Below, piece after piece: positions 48,880 through 61,360 of a DNA stretch of 64,000 bases. Numbering within the stretch: position 1 is the first letter of the stretch; the number at the start of each line of letters is the position of its first letter. Source of the stretch: Mustelus asterias. Its lineage: Eukaryota. The position numbers were made by a program, and so were the translations under genes. The stretch is taken from NCBI RefSeq assembly GCF_964213995.1, contig NC_135805.1:64480001-64544000 (forward strand), in the 5' to 3' direction. Below the pieces are notes generated by a model that had not been told where the DNA came from, searched no databases, and saw only the letters and a program-made list of their open reading frames with translations.

Positions 48880-50515
48880 TCTGCTTGATCTTTCTGGGAT
48901 CGAGGGAATGTGGAAAACTTCTTCAACTTTGCTGCCAATTTCCACCCCTCTCTTATCTTCATATGGTCCATATTAGGCAGTTCCTCTTCTTTCTTTGATT
49001 TCTGTTTCCACTTCTGGGGATAGATATCTACTAATATTCACTACGAACCCACTGATTCCTACAACCACCTCAACTTATATTTAATCACATCCTGCCTCCT
49101 ATAACAACTTTGGATGGCACCATGGCACAGTGGTTAGCACTGCTGTCTTATGCCGCCAAGGGCCCGAGTTCAATTCCCGGTTTGGGTGACTGTGCGGGAG
49201 TCTGCACGTTCTCCCCGTGTCTGCGTGGGTTTCCTCTGGGTGCTCTGGTTTCCTCCCACAGTCCAAAGATGTGCAAGTTATGTTGATTGGCCAATGCTAA
49301 ATTGCCCCTTAGTGTCAGGGGGACTAGCAGGGTAAATATGTGGGGTTAAGGGGCTAGGGCCTGAGTGGGATTGTTGTCAGCGCAGGCTCTATGGCCAAAT
49401 GGCCTCCTGTCACACTGTACGGATTCTATGAACTCCATTCCATTCTCCCAGTTTCTCCATTGTATCTGTTCTGAAGATTCAACCTGCCATAACAGTGGTT
49501 CTGGTAAGTCTTCCTTTCACCTCCGCCAACGGCCCCAACTGTCTTTGACAGGTCTCTCAATTGTGTCTCACCCATTTCTCACACTAATTCTGCTATTGCT
49601 TTCCCTCTCTCTCAGAACCTCAACAGGGTCCTCACTTTCCACTCCACCAACTTCCACAATCTGAAGATCATCTTCCGTTATTGCTGCCAGCTCCAAACAC
49701 ACTGTCCCTTTCCTTCTCCTGTGAGCACTCCAAAGGGACCATTCCCTCTGGGACACCTTGGTCCACTCCCCTATCACCCTCAACATCTTGTTCCCTCCGC
49801 ACATCACCTGCCCGTGCAGTTGCAGGAGGTGTAACACCTATCCTTTTTACTACTCTGTCCTCACCATCTAGTGAAGCAGTGATAACTTGTATTCTTTTCA
49901 ATTTATTCTACTCTACTCCCTGCTCACAATGTCGTCTCAACACTAGGGAGACCAAATTCAAATTCAGTTCCACCTTTGTGAAATACATTTAGTCCACAAG
50001 CTTCTGGTTCTTTGCCATTTTAATTCTTGCCTTCATGCTCACATTTCTATCTTTGGTCTTCCGCACTGTTCCAGTGAAACTCATTGCAAGCTTGAGGAAC
50101 AGAACCCCATCTTCCCATGAGGCACTTTACATTAGAAATCAACACTGTGTTCAACAATTTCATGAAAGCTGTCTCCCATTTTGATTCTGTTTTTTTCCCA
50201 CACTACTGTCAGAATCTTATTTTTGTGTTTTTGGTTTTAGAGAGAACTGCTCATTATTCTGCCATTCACTCTCACTCTGGACAAAAGCTTTGCTTCTTTA
50301 CTACAAACATTTCCATTCCCTTTGCCTTTTGTTCCATGACATCTTTGTCATTTAATCACCCCTGCCCTCTACCCTAGCCCAGACCTTGCCTTTTGTTCTT
50401 CTCCATTTTCAATGTCATAAAAGCTATTCAGTTCCAAACAAAATGTCATATTCAACTTGAAACATTAACTCTCTCTTCACAGATGCTGCCATCTGAGTAT
50501 TTCCAGCACCTTCTT
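48880..50515 (+). mobile_element. Degraded Penelope-like element with an HE1 SINE inserted at 49113-49431
   Basis: Reverse-complement similarity to 2012-3485 (tgctcacaatgtcgtctcaacactagggagacc; gcaagcttgaggaacagaacc). Confidence 0.75.
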
Positions 50516-50519
50516 CTGG

Positions 50520-51197
50520 AAGCGTGGAGGAGGACATGCCCCTGTCTACATCAACGTGGATGAAGTGGAAATGGTCAAGAGCTTCAAGTTTCTAGGTGTC
50601 CAGATCACCAACAACCTGTCCTGGTCCCTCCATGCCAACACTATAGTTAAGAAAGCCCACCAACGCCTCCGTTTTCTCAGGAGGCTAAGGAAATTTGGCA
50701 TGTCCACTATGACTCTCACCAACTTTTACAGATGCACCATAGAAAGCATTCTTTCTGGTTGTATCACAGCTTGGTATGGCTCCCGCTCTGACCAAAACTG
50801 CAACAAACTACAAAGGATTGTGAAAAAAGCCCAGTCCATCACGCAAACCAGTCTCCCATCCATTGACACTGTCTACACTTCTCGCTGCCTCGGAAAGCAG
50901 CCACATAATCAAGGACACCACGCACCCCGGACATGCTCTCTTCCACCTTCTTCCGTCAGGAAAAAGATACAAAAGTCTGAGGTCAAGTACCAACCGACTT
51001 GAGAACAGCTTCTTCCCTGCTGCCATCAGACGTTTGAATGGATCTACCTTATATTAAATTGATCTTTCTTTACACCTTAGTAACACTACTTTCTGCATTC
51101 TTCCCATCTCTCTGAATGATATGTTTTGTCTGTATAGTGGACAAAAAGCAATACTTTTCACTTTATACTAATGCATGTGACAATAATAAATCAAATA
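50520..51197 (+). mobile_element. Rex1/Babar 3' fragment, one frameshift
   Basis: ORFs 50556-51002 and 50863-51057 are homologous to 35780-36274. Confidence 0.88.
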
Positions 51198-53053
51198 TCT
51201 GTTTTTATTATTCCTCAAAAACTATTTCTTTACCCAAACTTTATAATGCTGCTGTGAAGCACCTTGTGGCATGTTAGAGGTGCTGCATGAATAAAAATCT
51301 TTTCTTTTCATTCATTCAAAGAACATCGACATCGCTGGCATGGCCAGCACTTACTGCTCATTGGTAATTGCCGTTGTGAAGGTAGTGGTGAGCGACCTTC
51401 TTGAACCACTGCAGTAAGATGGATTTGCCTTTGGTGAGCCTTGGCACAGTTAACTTTAACAATGACAATCGTGCCTTATCCTTACTGGTGAGTTTTGTAT
51501 TGTTATAAAAGCCTATGCTGCTCTGGCAGAAAAAAAGAGCTGGCATTTGATATGTTGGACTGGTTTTCAGGAAACAGGCACACATCCATGCTGCGACATG
51601 AGGTCACTATATGTCCATTTGTACAGCTGTGTAATAGAACTTTTAGATTTAAGAATAGCAACAGTGTAGATGGTCTAGACTTCAGTGCGACAGCTGGAAT
51701 AAGTCAAAACATGGCTAATTTGGGTACAGATGTAAATGTCATCAGTTTTTACGAGTTCTGCACTAAATATGCATTACTTAGCTCCCATAACGTATATACC
51801 ATTTCTTTATTTCAGACAATTTATTAGTGTCACATGTAGGCTTACATTAACACTACAATGAAGTTACTGTGAAAATCCCCTAGTCGCCACACTCTGAAGG
51901 AGAATTTAGCATGGCCAATCCACCTAACCAGCGTGTCTTTCAGAAACAAAATAAAGAAGCCTAAGATATAAACATGAGAAGTAACAGTCAGCAATATATG
52001 CTTTCAACTCATTAGCTTCAGTCAGCTAGTGCAGTGAGGTAGGTCAGAAAAGTGTGTTCTTTGTTACAAGATACAGTGTTCTACTGGGGCTTAACGGAGG
52101 TCTTTTACAGAAGCACTATGATGTTCTTTGTTTTGCATTGGATCAATTTACTGGAATGAAAAGAATGGTACGAATGAACTTAAGTAGAAGTTCAGTTCTT
52201 CTGTTTAATTCAAGATGTTTACATTTAAATTCGGCCTGTAAAAATGCATTAAAAAGGGCCAAACCTTTACTGTGCATAGTGTAAGGCAATCAGTACAAAA
52301 ATTGGATGGAAAAAGTGACATTCACCAGTGAACTTACTGCCTACATTCTTTATGCTGACACACAGAGAGGTTCAGCTGAGGGTCAACAACATCATAAATA
52401 TTGGCAGAGGGGGACAGGCCTAAAACAAGCAGATAACAACAGCTGTTTAACATCACAGCTTCTGACTTGCAGAGTACATGTGCTACAATATCGACAATGT
52501 GATTTGCCAGGATACTGTTACAGCTAATCTTCATGATGCCATCCAAAGTACCAGAAATTGTGTGAAGAGTTTAAGAATGCTAAGTGAGTAGAACCGAAGA
52601 TAAAATCCAATACGCTCATTCGTGTCTAGAAATAATTTTGTTTACACAGTTTCAGTACACTGATTAATGGGTCACGTGTCGCTCCTGTACTTCAGCCCAT
52701 TCACCTTGTTTAGTTCATTTTGTAATTTCTCAGCTGGAATTCTCCGATCTCGTTCGCCCAGCCACCGCTGCCAGCAAGAAGGGAGAATTGGGCGCTCAGC
52801 CAAATCTCTATTCACTGCAGCAGGGCTGGAGAATCCCAGCCACGGAGGAGGTCAGAAAATTCCAGCCCTTATTCCAGTGCCTCTTCAAGTTTAGTATCTC
52901 CTGCAATTTGACTAAGTTGCATCAGGTTGATGTAACCTTGATGCAAATGGGAAGCAGCAGAGATCGCACAACAGTCTACCTGGTTTTCCACTTCTTCAAA
53001 GAAATGGAAGAAGTTAATCAGGAAGCACCTTCTTACTGTTCAATAGATTGATG

Positions 53054-53360
53054 TTTATTTTATTTATTAGTGTCACAAGTAGGCTTTCATTAACACTGCA
53101 ATGAAGTTACTGTGAAAATTCCCGAGTCGCCTATTCGGGTACACTGAGGGAGAATTTAGCATGGCCAATGCATCTAACCAGCACGTCTTTTGGACTGTAG
53201 GACAAAACTGGAGCCCCCGGAGGAAACTTACACAGACACGGAGAGAACGTGCAGACTCCACACAGACAGTGACCCAAGTCGGGAATCAAACCTCGGTCCC
53301 TGGTGCTGTGAGACAGTGGTGCTAACCACTGTGCCACCAACCACTGTGCCACCATGCCGT
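53054..53360 (-). mobile_element. HE1-head SINE, type-2 tail, with a duplicated A-box segment
   Basis: aaccactgtgccacc is tandemly repeated at ~53324-53353. Confidence 0.85.
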
Positions 53361-54004
53361 CCATGATGTTGTGATCGTCCTCAAGTTATCCCGTTAACGG
53401 ATTGAATTATTTTACATGGGACTGAACCACAAGACCAACAAATGTTTAATTGCCTAGGTCTACTTTATCTCTTTAGATTGTTTAAATTTATAGCTATCTT
53501 CCATAGGTATTTTATGAGAATTGTCAGTCTATCAAAAATCTACAATTAGAGACAAATAATATGCCTGCAGCTTTACTTGTGTAAAATGTTTTCAGGTTAT
53601 CTCAGATTTGCATTTATATCGGAATCTCTTGACACTGGGTGGAATCTTATTAAGAAACTGGAGCTATCCCTGCTACTGGGAAATATCCTGTGAACAAAAT
53701 AACTTGGCATAGAAATTTAATGATGGGGAGCGGTCAACACTTGCCATCCAACAAGTCAGCACCTGACATGCAGCCACCGACTCTCAAACTCCCACTGCCA
53801 TTTAATGCTCACTTGAGCATTGATTGGAAGTGGGTGGGACATCCATCCACTCTTGGAAGGAAGTCCCACCCACAGGAGCTGTCGGCTAATGAGGTGCTGT
53901 GCCCCACCCCCCTCCTCGAGATGGGGAAAAATGTAAATGCTACTTTCTCACCTTGCACCCGCCAGCCTAAAGATCGAGGCTGGGCAGGATTAGACCCTTA
54001 AGTG

Positions 54005-54385
54005 ATGATTAAGTGTAAAAAGGATTGACAATGAGGGGAGTGGAGTTGGTAGCTAGGGAATGGAGAACTTGGAATGGAGGCTGAAAACAATGGCTTTGGT
54101 CTTCCCAGTATTTAATTGGAAGAAACTTCTACCGATCCAGTACCTGATGTCAGATAGGCAGTCTGATAATTTACCAACAATGGAGGAGCCAAGAAAGGTG
54201 GTGATGAGGTCGGGCCAAGTGTTGTCAGTGTTCATATGAAAATTAATGCGGTGTTTTTTGGATGACATCGCAGATGTAGATGAGGCAGCCAAGAATAGAT
54301 CTCTGACGAACACCTGAGCTAATGGTGCAGGAGTGAGAAGAGAAACCATTGCAAGTGATACTATAACAATGATCCACATGACCTT
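54005..54385 (-). mobile_element. L2 LINE RT fragment
   Basis: INFHMNTDNT...LSDCLSDIRYWIGRSFFQLNTGKTKAIVF. Confidence 0.78.
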
Positions 54386-57300
54386 CCAACCAGGGCCTGG
54401 TGAGAAAAGTGGATTCCTGAGGCCTTCAGTGCAGGGCAGCAGTTCTGGAGGAAGTGAGGCCACTCCCTCTTTTTATGGCACTAGCCTTTGCAAAACAGGT
54501 AGGTTTAAAGTTCTATCCATCTTGCGGAAAAGGCAAGTGCATAAGGTAAATGGGTGGGATGGGATAGGATGGGAATGGCAGTAGGATAGGTCAGGATGAG
54601 GAAGGAGTTAGGATGGATAGGATGGGCTGGGGTTGGGCGGGGGGGGGGGGGGGGGGGGGCGTTGAGAGGGTAGGATGGGTCAGTTTGAATTCTTCTAACT
54701 TTTCCTGGGTAATTATTCCACTTAGAGAGATAGAACCACCCAAAGTTTCCCATTTAAGTTTTAGACGGCCCTCAGTGTAGGGTAGTTACCCGTCGGAAGT
54801 TTGAACTTTGTGGCTGATTTCCATGCAGTACTTGCTTGAGGGATTCTGGGGAATTCCCAACACATCTTGGGTATCTCCTGGGTTTGCTCTCCTGGGTTTG
54901 CTCCCCTGGAGATCTGGGCCACAATTTCTACCTCTCAACGCAGCATGAGAACTTAATGAAGATAAAATTGGACAAATTATATTGAAAATTGATTTTGCTT
55001 ACAGAGCACACAGAAATCAGCTTAGCTTTTTAATTCATCCACCTTAATAAAAATTGCAGCAACACCCCAAAATTCTAAATTCTTGAAGAGACAGATCAGC
55101 TTAACTTTGTCACTTGTTGGCTGTGCATAATGATGACCATCTCACCGAACACCTCAGATTCTTTGAATAACATCTGCTATAATAATCTAGTACACTGGAG
55201 AGATAGTGAGATGAGCAGAAGGCGCATTCCTGAGAGTTAATAAGCCAGATTTTGCCACTTCTCCATGTGGACGATAAATAATTTTACATCTGAGCAGAAG
55301 CTAAGAAACAAAAGAGATAAAGATTTGAAATAGATACTTTGTTTGCTTTTCATTTTCACTTTATTTAAAAAGAACTGTTAAAACTATCTCAGTTTGGCAG
55401 CATTGAATTTGAACATAAAGTTAGAGAGCCTCACACTGTCCCAGAGCAAAGCTAAGGATCATTTTTCCCTTAAAGTATCCTCCCAAAAAGAGCATTCTAT
55501 TTTATACACAGTACATATAAAATGAAAACCAAAAAAGGGTACTATAATTCTGGATCTTTAAAAAGCGGGCTTCCAATGAATTGTGAACTACAGAAGATTG
55601 TTTAAGATATCTGAATTTGTTAAAATATATTTTCATTTCAAACATTGGAGCCCTGATTTTGTGAAACCTGTCATGCTTTTCTGTCAGTCAGCAGGTCAGG
55701 AAGGTTAGAATTTAATACTTTCCTTGGCTGCCAATCTGTTAATGACAGGAGGTGTGTTTCTACAAGGCAGAGACTGGTTCTGTTCTCTTTCGCTTATGGC
55801 ACGAGAAGGAATGTAAAACACAATCAGAGAATTGTAAGACGGTTACAGCAGGGAAGGCCATTCAGCCCATTGTGTCTGTGCTGGTTCTCTCAAGGAGCAA
55901 TTCATGTATTACCACTCCTCCCCCCACATTGCTGCACATTCCTCTTTTTTAGATATTTAGACAAGTCAGAAAACATAGAAAAATTAGTGACAGAGGTTGA
56001 AAAAGAACCCCCCCCCGCAATCTCATTTTCCAGTACATGGTACGTAACCCTGGCACAGTCCATATCTACTGTAAAAAAGATTATCCATTTTAAATGTGAG
56101 TCAACCTCTGAAGCTATGCCATACAATCACATATTGAAGTATGATTATATGTTCACCTGAATTCCAATTTATTGCTTGAATATTTTCACTTACATACGTT
56201 AATCCCATTTGCTTTCTTCATTGTCTTGGATTTACAAATGTGCAAAGAATATAAAAGTTACAGGCAATGGAATTTCCAATCTGGTTATTTCATTGACGAC
56301 TCCCCCCACTTCCCCCCAAACTCCACCCCCCCGAGATCATTTTACTGAGGAAGTAAAGGAACCAAATTGATTCCTTCTTTGTTAAATGAAATAAATCATG
56401 CCTCAGAATCCGTAACTGCTTCTCAAGATCAAAAGGATTGTTGGACAAAGTGTAAAGAGAACATTGTATACTTCAGCAAAAGTATAGATCAGTTCCATGA
56501 CATCATCTTTCCATTGTATCATGTGTCGTAACATTTTCTTCTGTACAATAATAGTGATTTACCAGCATAAAAAATATACTGAAGGAGGGAAACCTGAGGA
56601 ACTGAATGATTAAAAATCTGAATTCTAGAAGGACAAAACTTGAAAAAATCATCAGCAAGACACACTACTGTGAACCCTCTCTACCTTAGGTTACAACAGC
56701 CCTAATGGTGTAGCTTTCCAGAGTTATTTTTCAATTGACCAACTAATAATACCCTGGTTTTGTGGGTTTCCCACTTTTGGGAAAACAGCTAGGTCTTTAG
56801 CATGCCCAAGCTATTCACAGTTTTCCAAGCTTTAGACCTTTTTAGCCAGCTTGCACATTGCCTGCAAGAGCTCCCATCTCTTTTTCTGCTATGGAGAAAA
56901 ACTTAGCTCCTCACAAGAGTGATTTGCTTCTTCTTCTCACAAGAATTCTCTGTGTTCCTCTCCCTGTCTCCGCCTGCTTTCTCCTTGTATCTGTGCATTG
57001 ATTGCCTTCTCCCTCCAGCTCCTCTGCCTGTAGCAGTTTGTGTCTGTCAGCCACACTGCTTCTGTTCCTAACATTTTCCCTGCTGGTACTGCTTCCAGGT
57101 TAAGGGTCACCAGATTACTTGGACCATTATTTCTTCTTATCCAAGGAAATTACAATTGATTCCTTTACAATTAATGCAAATGCTTAACATTTTTTTCAAA
57201 TATTCTTAAAAACAATTGCAGATTGCACAAAAAAATTTAAGGATAATATAAATTTTCTTTATTGCAGTGCTTCTGGTTCAAAGTTTGTCATAATATCAGC

Positions 57301-57544
57301 TATGCTTTGTAAGAGTGACGTGTACACTGACATAAACAAGGTGACCAAACAAGCTAGTAGTGAAAACCAGCACGTTGACTTGTTATGAATAGCAGTGCAA
57401 TACTTAGGAAGGCTTTTCAAATCTCCAAAGTCCATGCTGTAACAAAGGCAATATCAACTTATCACAATAATGAAGAAATGTTTCAGAAACTTGGGAAAAC
57501 AAACCAGCCAGCTAAATGTTCTATAACCTAAACCTAAATATAGT

Positions 57545-58130
57545 ATAGGATTGTTCTAACACAGGAGGCCATTCGGCCTACCGTATTTGTACTAGCCTTC
57601 CGAAGGAGCAATTCACCAATGCCGCTCCCCTGCCTTTTCCCCATAGCACTGTAAATATTCCTCTCTCAGATAATTACTCAATTTCATTTTCAAAGCCTCA
57701 ACTGACCCTGCATCCACCACACTCCCAGGCAGTGCATTCCTAACCCTAACCACTCGCTGCGAAAATAGGTTTTCCCTAATTTTGCCATTGCTTCTCTTGT
57801 TGATTACCTTAAAGCTGTGCCCTCTGGTTTTTGATTCTTCCACCAATGGGAATTTTCTCCCTTATCGACTCTATCCAGACCCCTCATGATTTTGAATACT
57901 CTGTCAAATCTCCTCACAACTTTCTCTTCTCCATGGGGAATAGTCCCAACCTCTGTAATTTTTCCGCGTAACTGAAGTTCCTCATCTGTGGAACCATTCC
58001 TGTTAATCTTATCTTGCACCCTCTCCAATGCCTTTGCATCCATCCTAAAGTGTGGCATCCAGAACTGGACGCAATACTCTAGTTGGGGCTGAACCAGTGT
58101 CTGTTACAGGTTTAACCGCCTTGCTTTTGG
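57545..58130 (-). mobile_element. Degraded CR1 3' fragment
   Basis: PHFRMDAKALERVQ; TRGHSFKV...FSQRVVRVRNALP. Confidence 0.85.
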
Positions 58131-58785
58131 TAATCTCCTGATTATCAACTGGAAATTCAGCAGAGGATCGGTTGAAATAACACAAGTGGCTTTCATGCCA
58201 ACGTTTATGCACACTTAATTAAGTTAGTTTGTTTTACAGTGTACCTTATAATAATCATGTAAGGGAAGGGGGAAAGATTGTGTGGTATAGTACCTGGAAA
58301 CTGTGCTCAAATTCAACTCAGATGGAACTAAATGTCTGCTTGCTGTAAAGTCAGAAGGGAAATGAGCATCAGTGTTTTTTCTTCTGAAATGGAGTCTAGT
58401 GCATTATTAATCAGCTCGGGGCAGCTGGCGCGGGAAATGAGACATTAATACACTACAGGATGCTCCAGGGTTTGTGGTGAGGTAGATTAGAGGGGCTACA
58501 TATAAATTACAAAATGGAAACCAATCAGTTGACCAAACCAATAAGTAGCGTGCTTGATGTTTATCCTCCATCTGATAGTCCTCATGCCTTGTGTCAAGCT
58601 ATCTCCCTTAACACTTTACTCCCTCTTCCTTCAATCACCTATGGAATCAATTATTAAATGTTGACAAACCACTAATTCTGCTAATGCAGCCTCACAGCCC
58701 CCTGTGGAAAAAATGTTAGTTCGGCTCAGTGCAACATTTCTTGGACTTAGAATGTTCATAGTATCGAATATTTAAACCATTAAAT

Positions 58786-59105
58786 TGGTGGTACAGTAGT
58801 TAGCACTGCTGACTCACAGCACCAGGGACCCAGGTTCAATTCTGGCCTCGGTGACTGTCTGTATGGAGCTTGCACAGACTCCCCATCTCTGTGTGGGTTC
58901 CCTCCAGGTGCTCTGTTTTCCTCCAACAGTCCAGGATGTGCGGGTTAGGTTGATTGACCGTACTAAATTGCCCTTTAGTGTCAGGGGGATTAGCATAGTG
59001 AAATACATGGGGTTACAGGGATAGGGCCTGGGTTGGATTATTATTGGTGCAAGCTCAATGGGCTGAATGGTCTTCTTCTGCACTGTAGGGATTCGATGAT
59101 TCTAT
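58786..59105 (+). mobile_element. HE1-type SINE, CR1-like tail
   Basis: Homology to the other copies. Confidence 0.87.
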
Positions 59106-61080
59106 TAAACAAAGAAACTAAACCTACTTGGCAATGTGCAATAATTCCAGCTTGCTGATGAATACTCGCCATACTCAATGCACTAAAATTCTCTGGGCAT
59201 GTTATCTGTCATCCCATAGAGTGCTAAACAGCACCGGTGCCGTTTTCAATGCCAAAACAAACACACAAGTGTGAAGTTTTAACCATCTGCATAACATGAC
59301 ACTGATAAATTTCAACAGTTGAGACAATGATGCTTCCACTTTATGTTGTATGATGCTTTCCTGCCAAAGTCTCCTTGTTTGTGTGCCATTCACACTCTGA
59401 CACACCAGCACACCACTAGACACAGATCAGGGCCAAAATTCTCCGTCTATTCACGCCGGCACACCCCCACCTTGGGTCTCCCGGTGGCATGGGGTACAGT
59501 CAATGGGAAATCCCACTGACAGCAGCAGGACTAGAAGACCCCACTGCTGGCTAATGGCGTGCTGCATCCCACCACAAAGAAACGCGCTGCAGGGAGGCCA
59601 AAGAAACCCACCTCAGGTCTGCAGCAATCTTTTCAACCCATTTCCCTGTGTACCCCGAGTCCAAGTCCATGTTCTTTCCTTTTCCATGCCATTAACACAG
59701 TCTGAGATATACATCACAGGAAATGGATTGTGGATGTCTGCTGAGGCACGCAATCAATACTTTGTCTCCACTACCACAGGAGATTAAAATTCAACCTTTT
59801 GCATCTTTCCTATCTCCTTTTCGAATCTCTGTTTGAATATTTCACTGACACCTCGCAGGTATGACATTGTGGGTGGAATTTTACGACCTCATCACGCCCG
59901 TTTTGCAGCGGGAAAATGTCGTAAAATTGGGCGACGAGCAGGAATGGCGCCTGTTTTTGGGCTCATTCCCATTTTACGAAAGAAATTTGGCACGATCAGG
60001 AAATGTCAATTTGCATTTTTTTGCATTCATCATAACGTCATTAGTGAGCTTCACTCCCAATCGTCCCAGCTCACCTGTCTTAACCACCTCGTTCACTGCA
60101 GCCGGATTGGTCAGGACGGATTGGTCAGGAAAACACTTCAAGTATAAAAGTCGCATTCAGGTGCTTGATCAGTGAGGGTGAGCGAAGGGGCAAGTCTCTG
60201 CTTTCAAACTGTTCCATGCTGCTCAGAGGGGGTTGTTTCGTGAAGGATATGTTGCGTTTCGGGCCGGTGGGGAGAGGGTGCTGCAAGAGTGTGGGGGGGT
60301 TGATGAGGGTGGTGCAATTGATGTATGTATGGACTTTGAAAAAGTATTTGATCCAAGTGCCACATAATAGACTGGTTAATAAGATCAAAGATCATGGGAT
60401 TGAAAAGTTACACAACCATCTTTTGTGCAAAGAAATGTCTCCTCGCCTTCTCATTTTTCTGGTGGTAATTTTCATTATCAATGGCTTCCCAGAATAAATA
60501 TTTTTTCCTTCTCACTCAATGAAAACTCTTGGGCTGGGATTTTCCAGTCCAGCCAGCGAGGGGCATCGTCACAGGAGGGATGTGAAAATTTGGAGACTTC
60601 TGGCTGTTCTCCAAATTTTCCTGTGCTGCCCGCTATCAATCCTGAAAGAGATTATTCAGGCTGGTTCAAGTGGGGGCTGCTGTTCTGAGGCTCTTCTTCT
60701 TTGGCGATCACTTTCTAATAGATATAATTGTCCACCAAAGAAACTCTGTGTCATTGAACATGGGTTCTGCGGGTCCTTGTGTGGCTGAGGAGCCCAATCT
60801 TGGAGCCAAATCTCCCACTGCAGACTTGACAGGTGTTTCTGGGAGGTGGGATTGATCCTTGGACTCTAGATCGCTGGTATTCTTTTCTCAGGCTCCTCTT
60901 GCCATCGGGCATTCTGAGACGAAATGAAGGGGCAGCTAAATCTTTTGGGAAAATCTTGACAAATGGTCAGTTTTAATGTGGACCTAAAATAGCTGTTTTC
61001 TGTATCACCTAATGGTTTGTGTGAAACTTATGTAAATAATTTAGTTATAAGGATTAAAAAGAAAAATGGCTCCGACATTT

Positions 61081-61360
61081 AAAGTAAAGTTTATTTATTA
61101 GTCACAAGTAAGGCTTACATTAACACTGCAATGAAGTTACTGTGAAATTCCCCGAGTCACCACACTCCGGCGCCTGTTCGGGTCAATACACATAATCAGC
61201 ACGTCTGTCAGACTGTGGGAGGAAACCGGAGCACCCAGAGGAAACCCACGCAGACACAGGGAGAACGTGCAAACTCCACACAGATAGTGACCCAAACCAG
61301 GAATCGATCCCAGGTCCCTGGCTCTGTGAGGCAGTGCTAACCACTGTGTCACCATGCCAC
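61081..61360 (-). mobile_element. HE1-head SINE, type-2 tail
   Basis: Homology to the other copies; degenerate TSD tcc(g/t)acatt(t)aaa. Confidence 0.85.
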
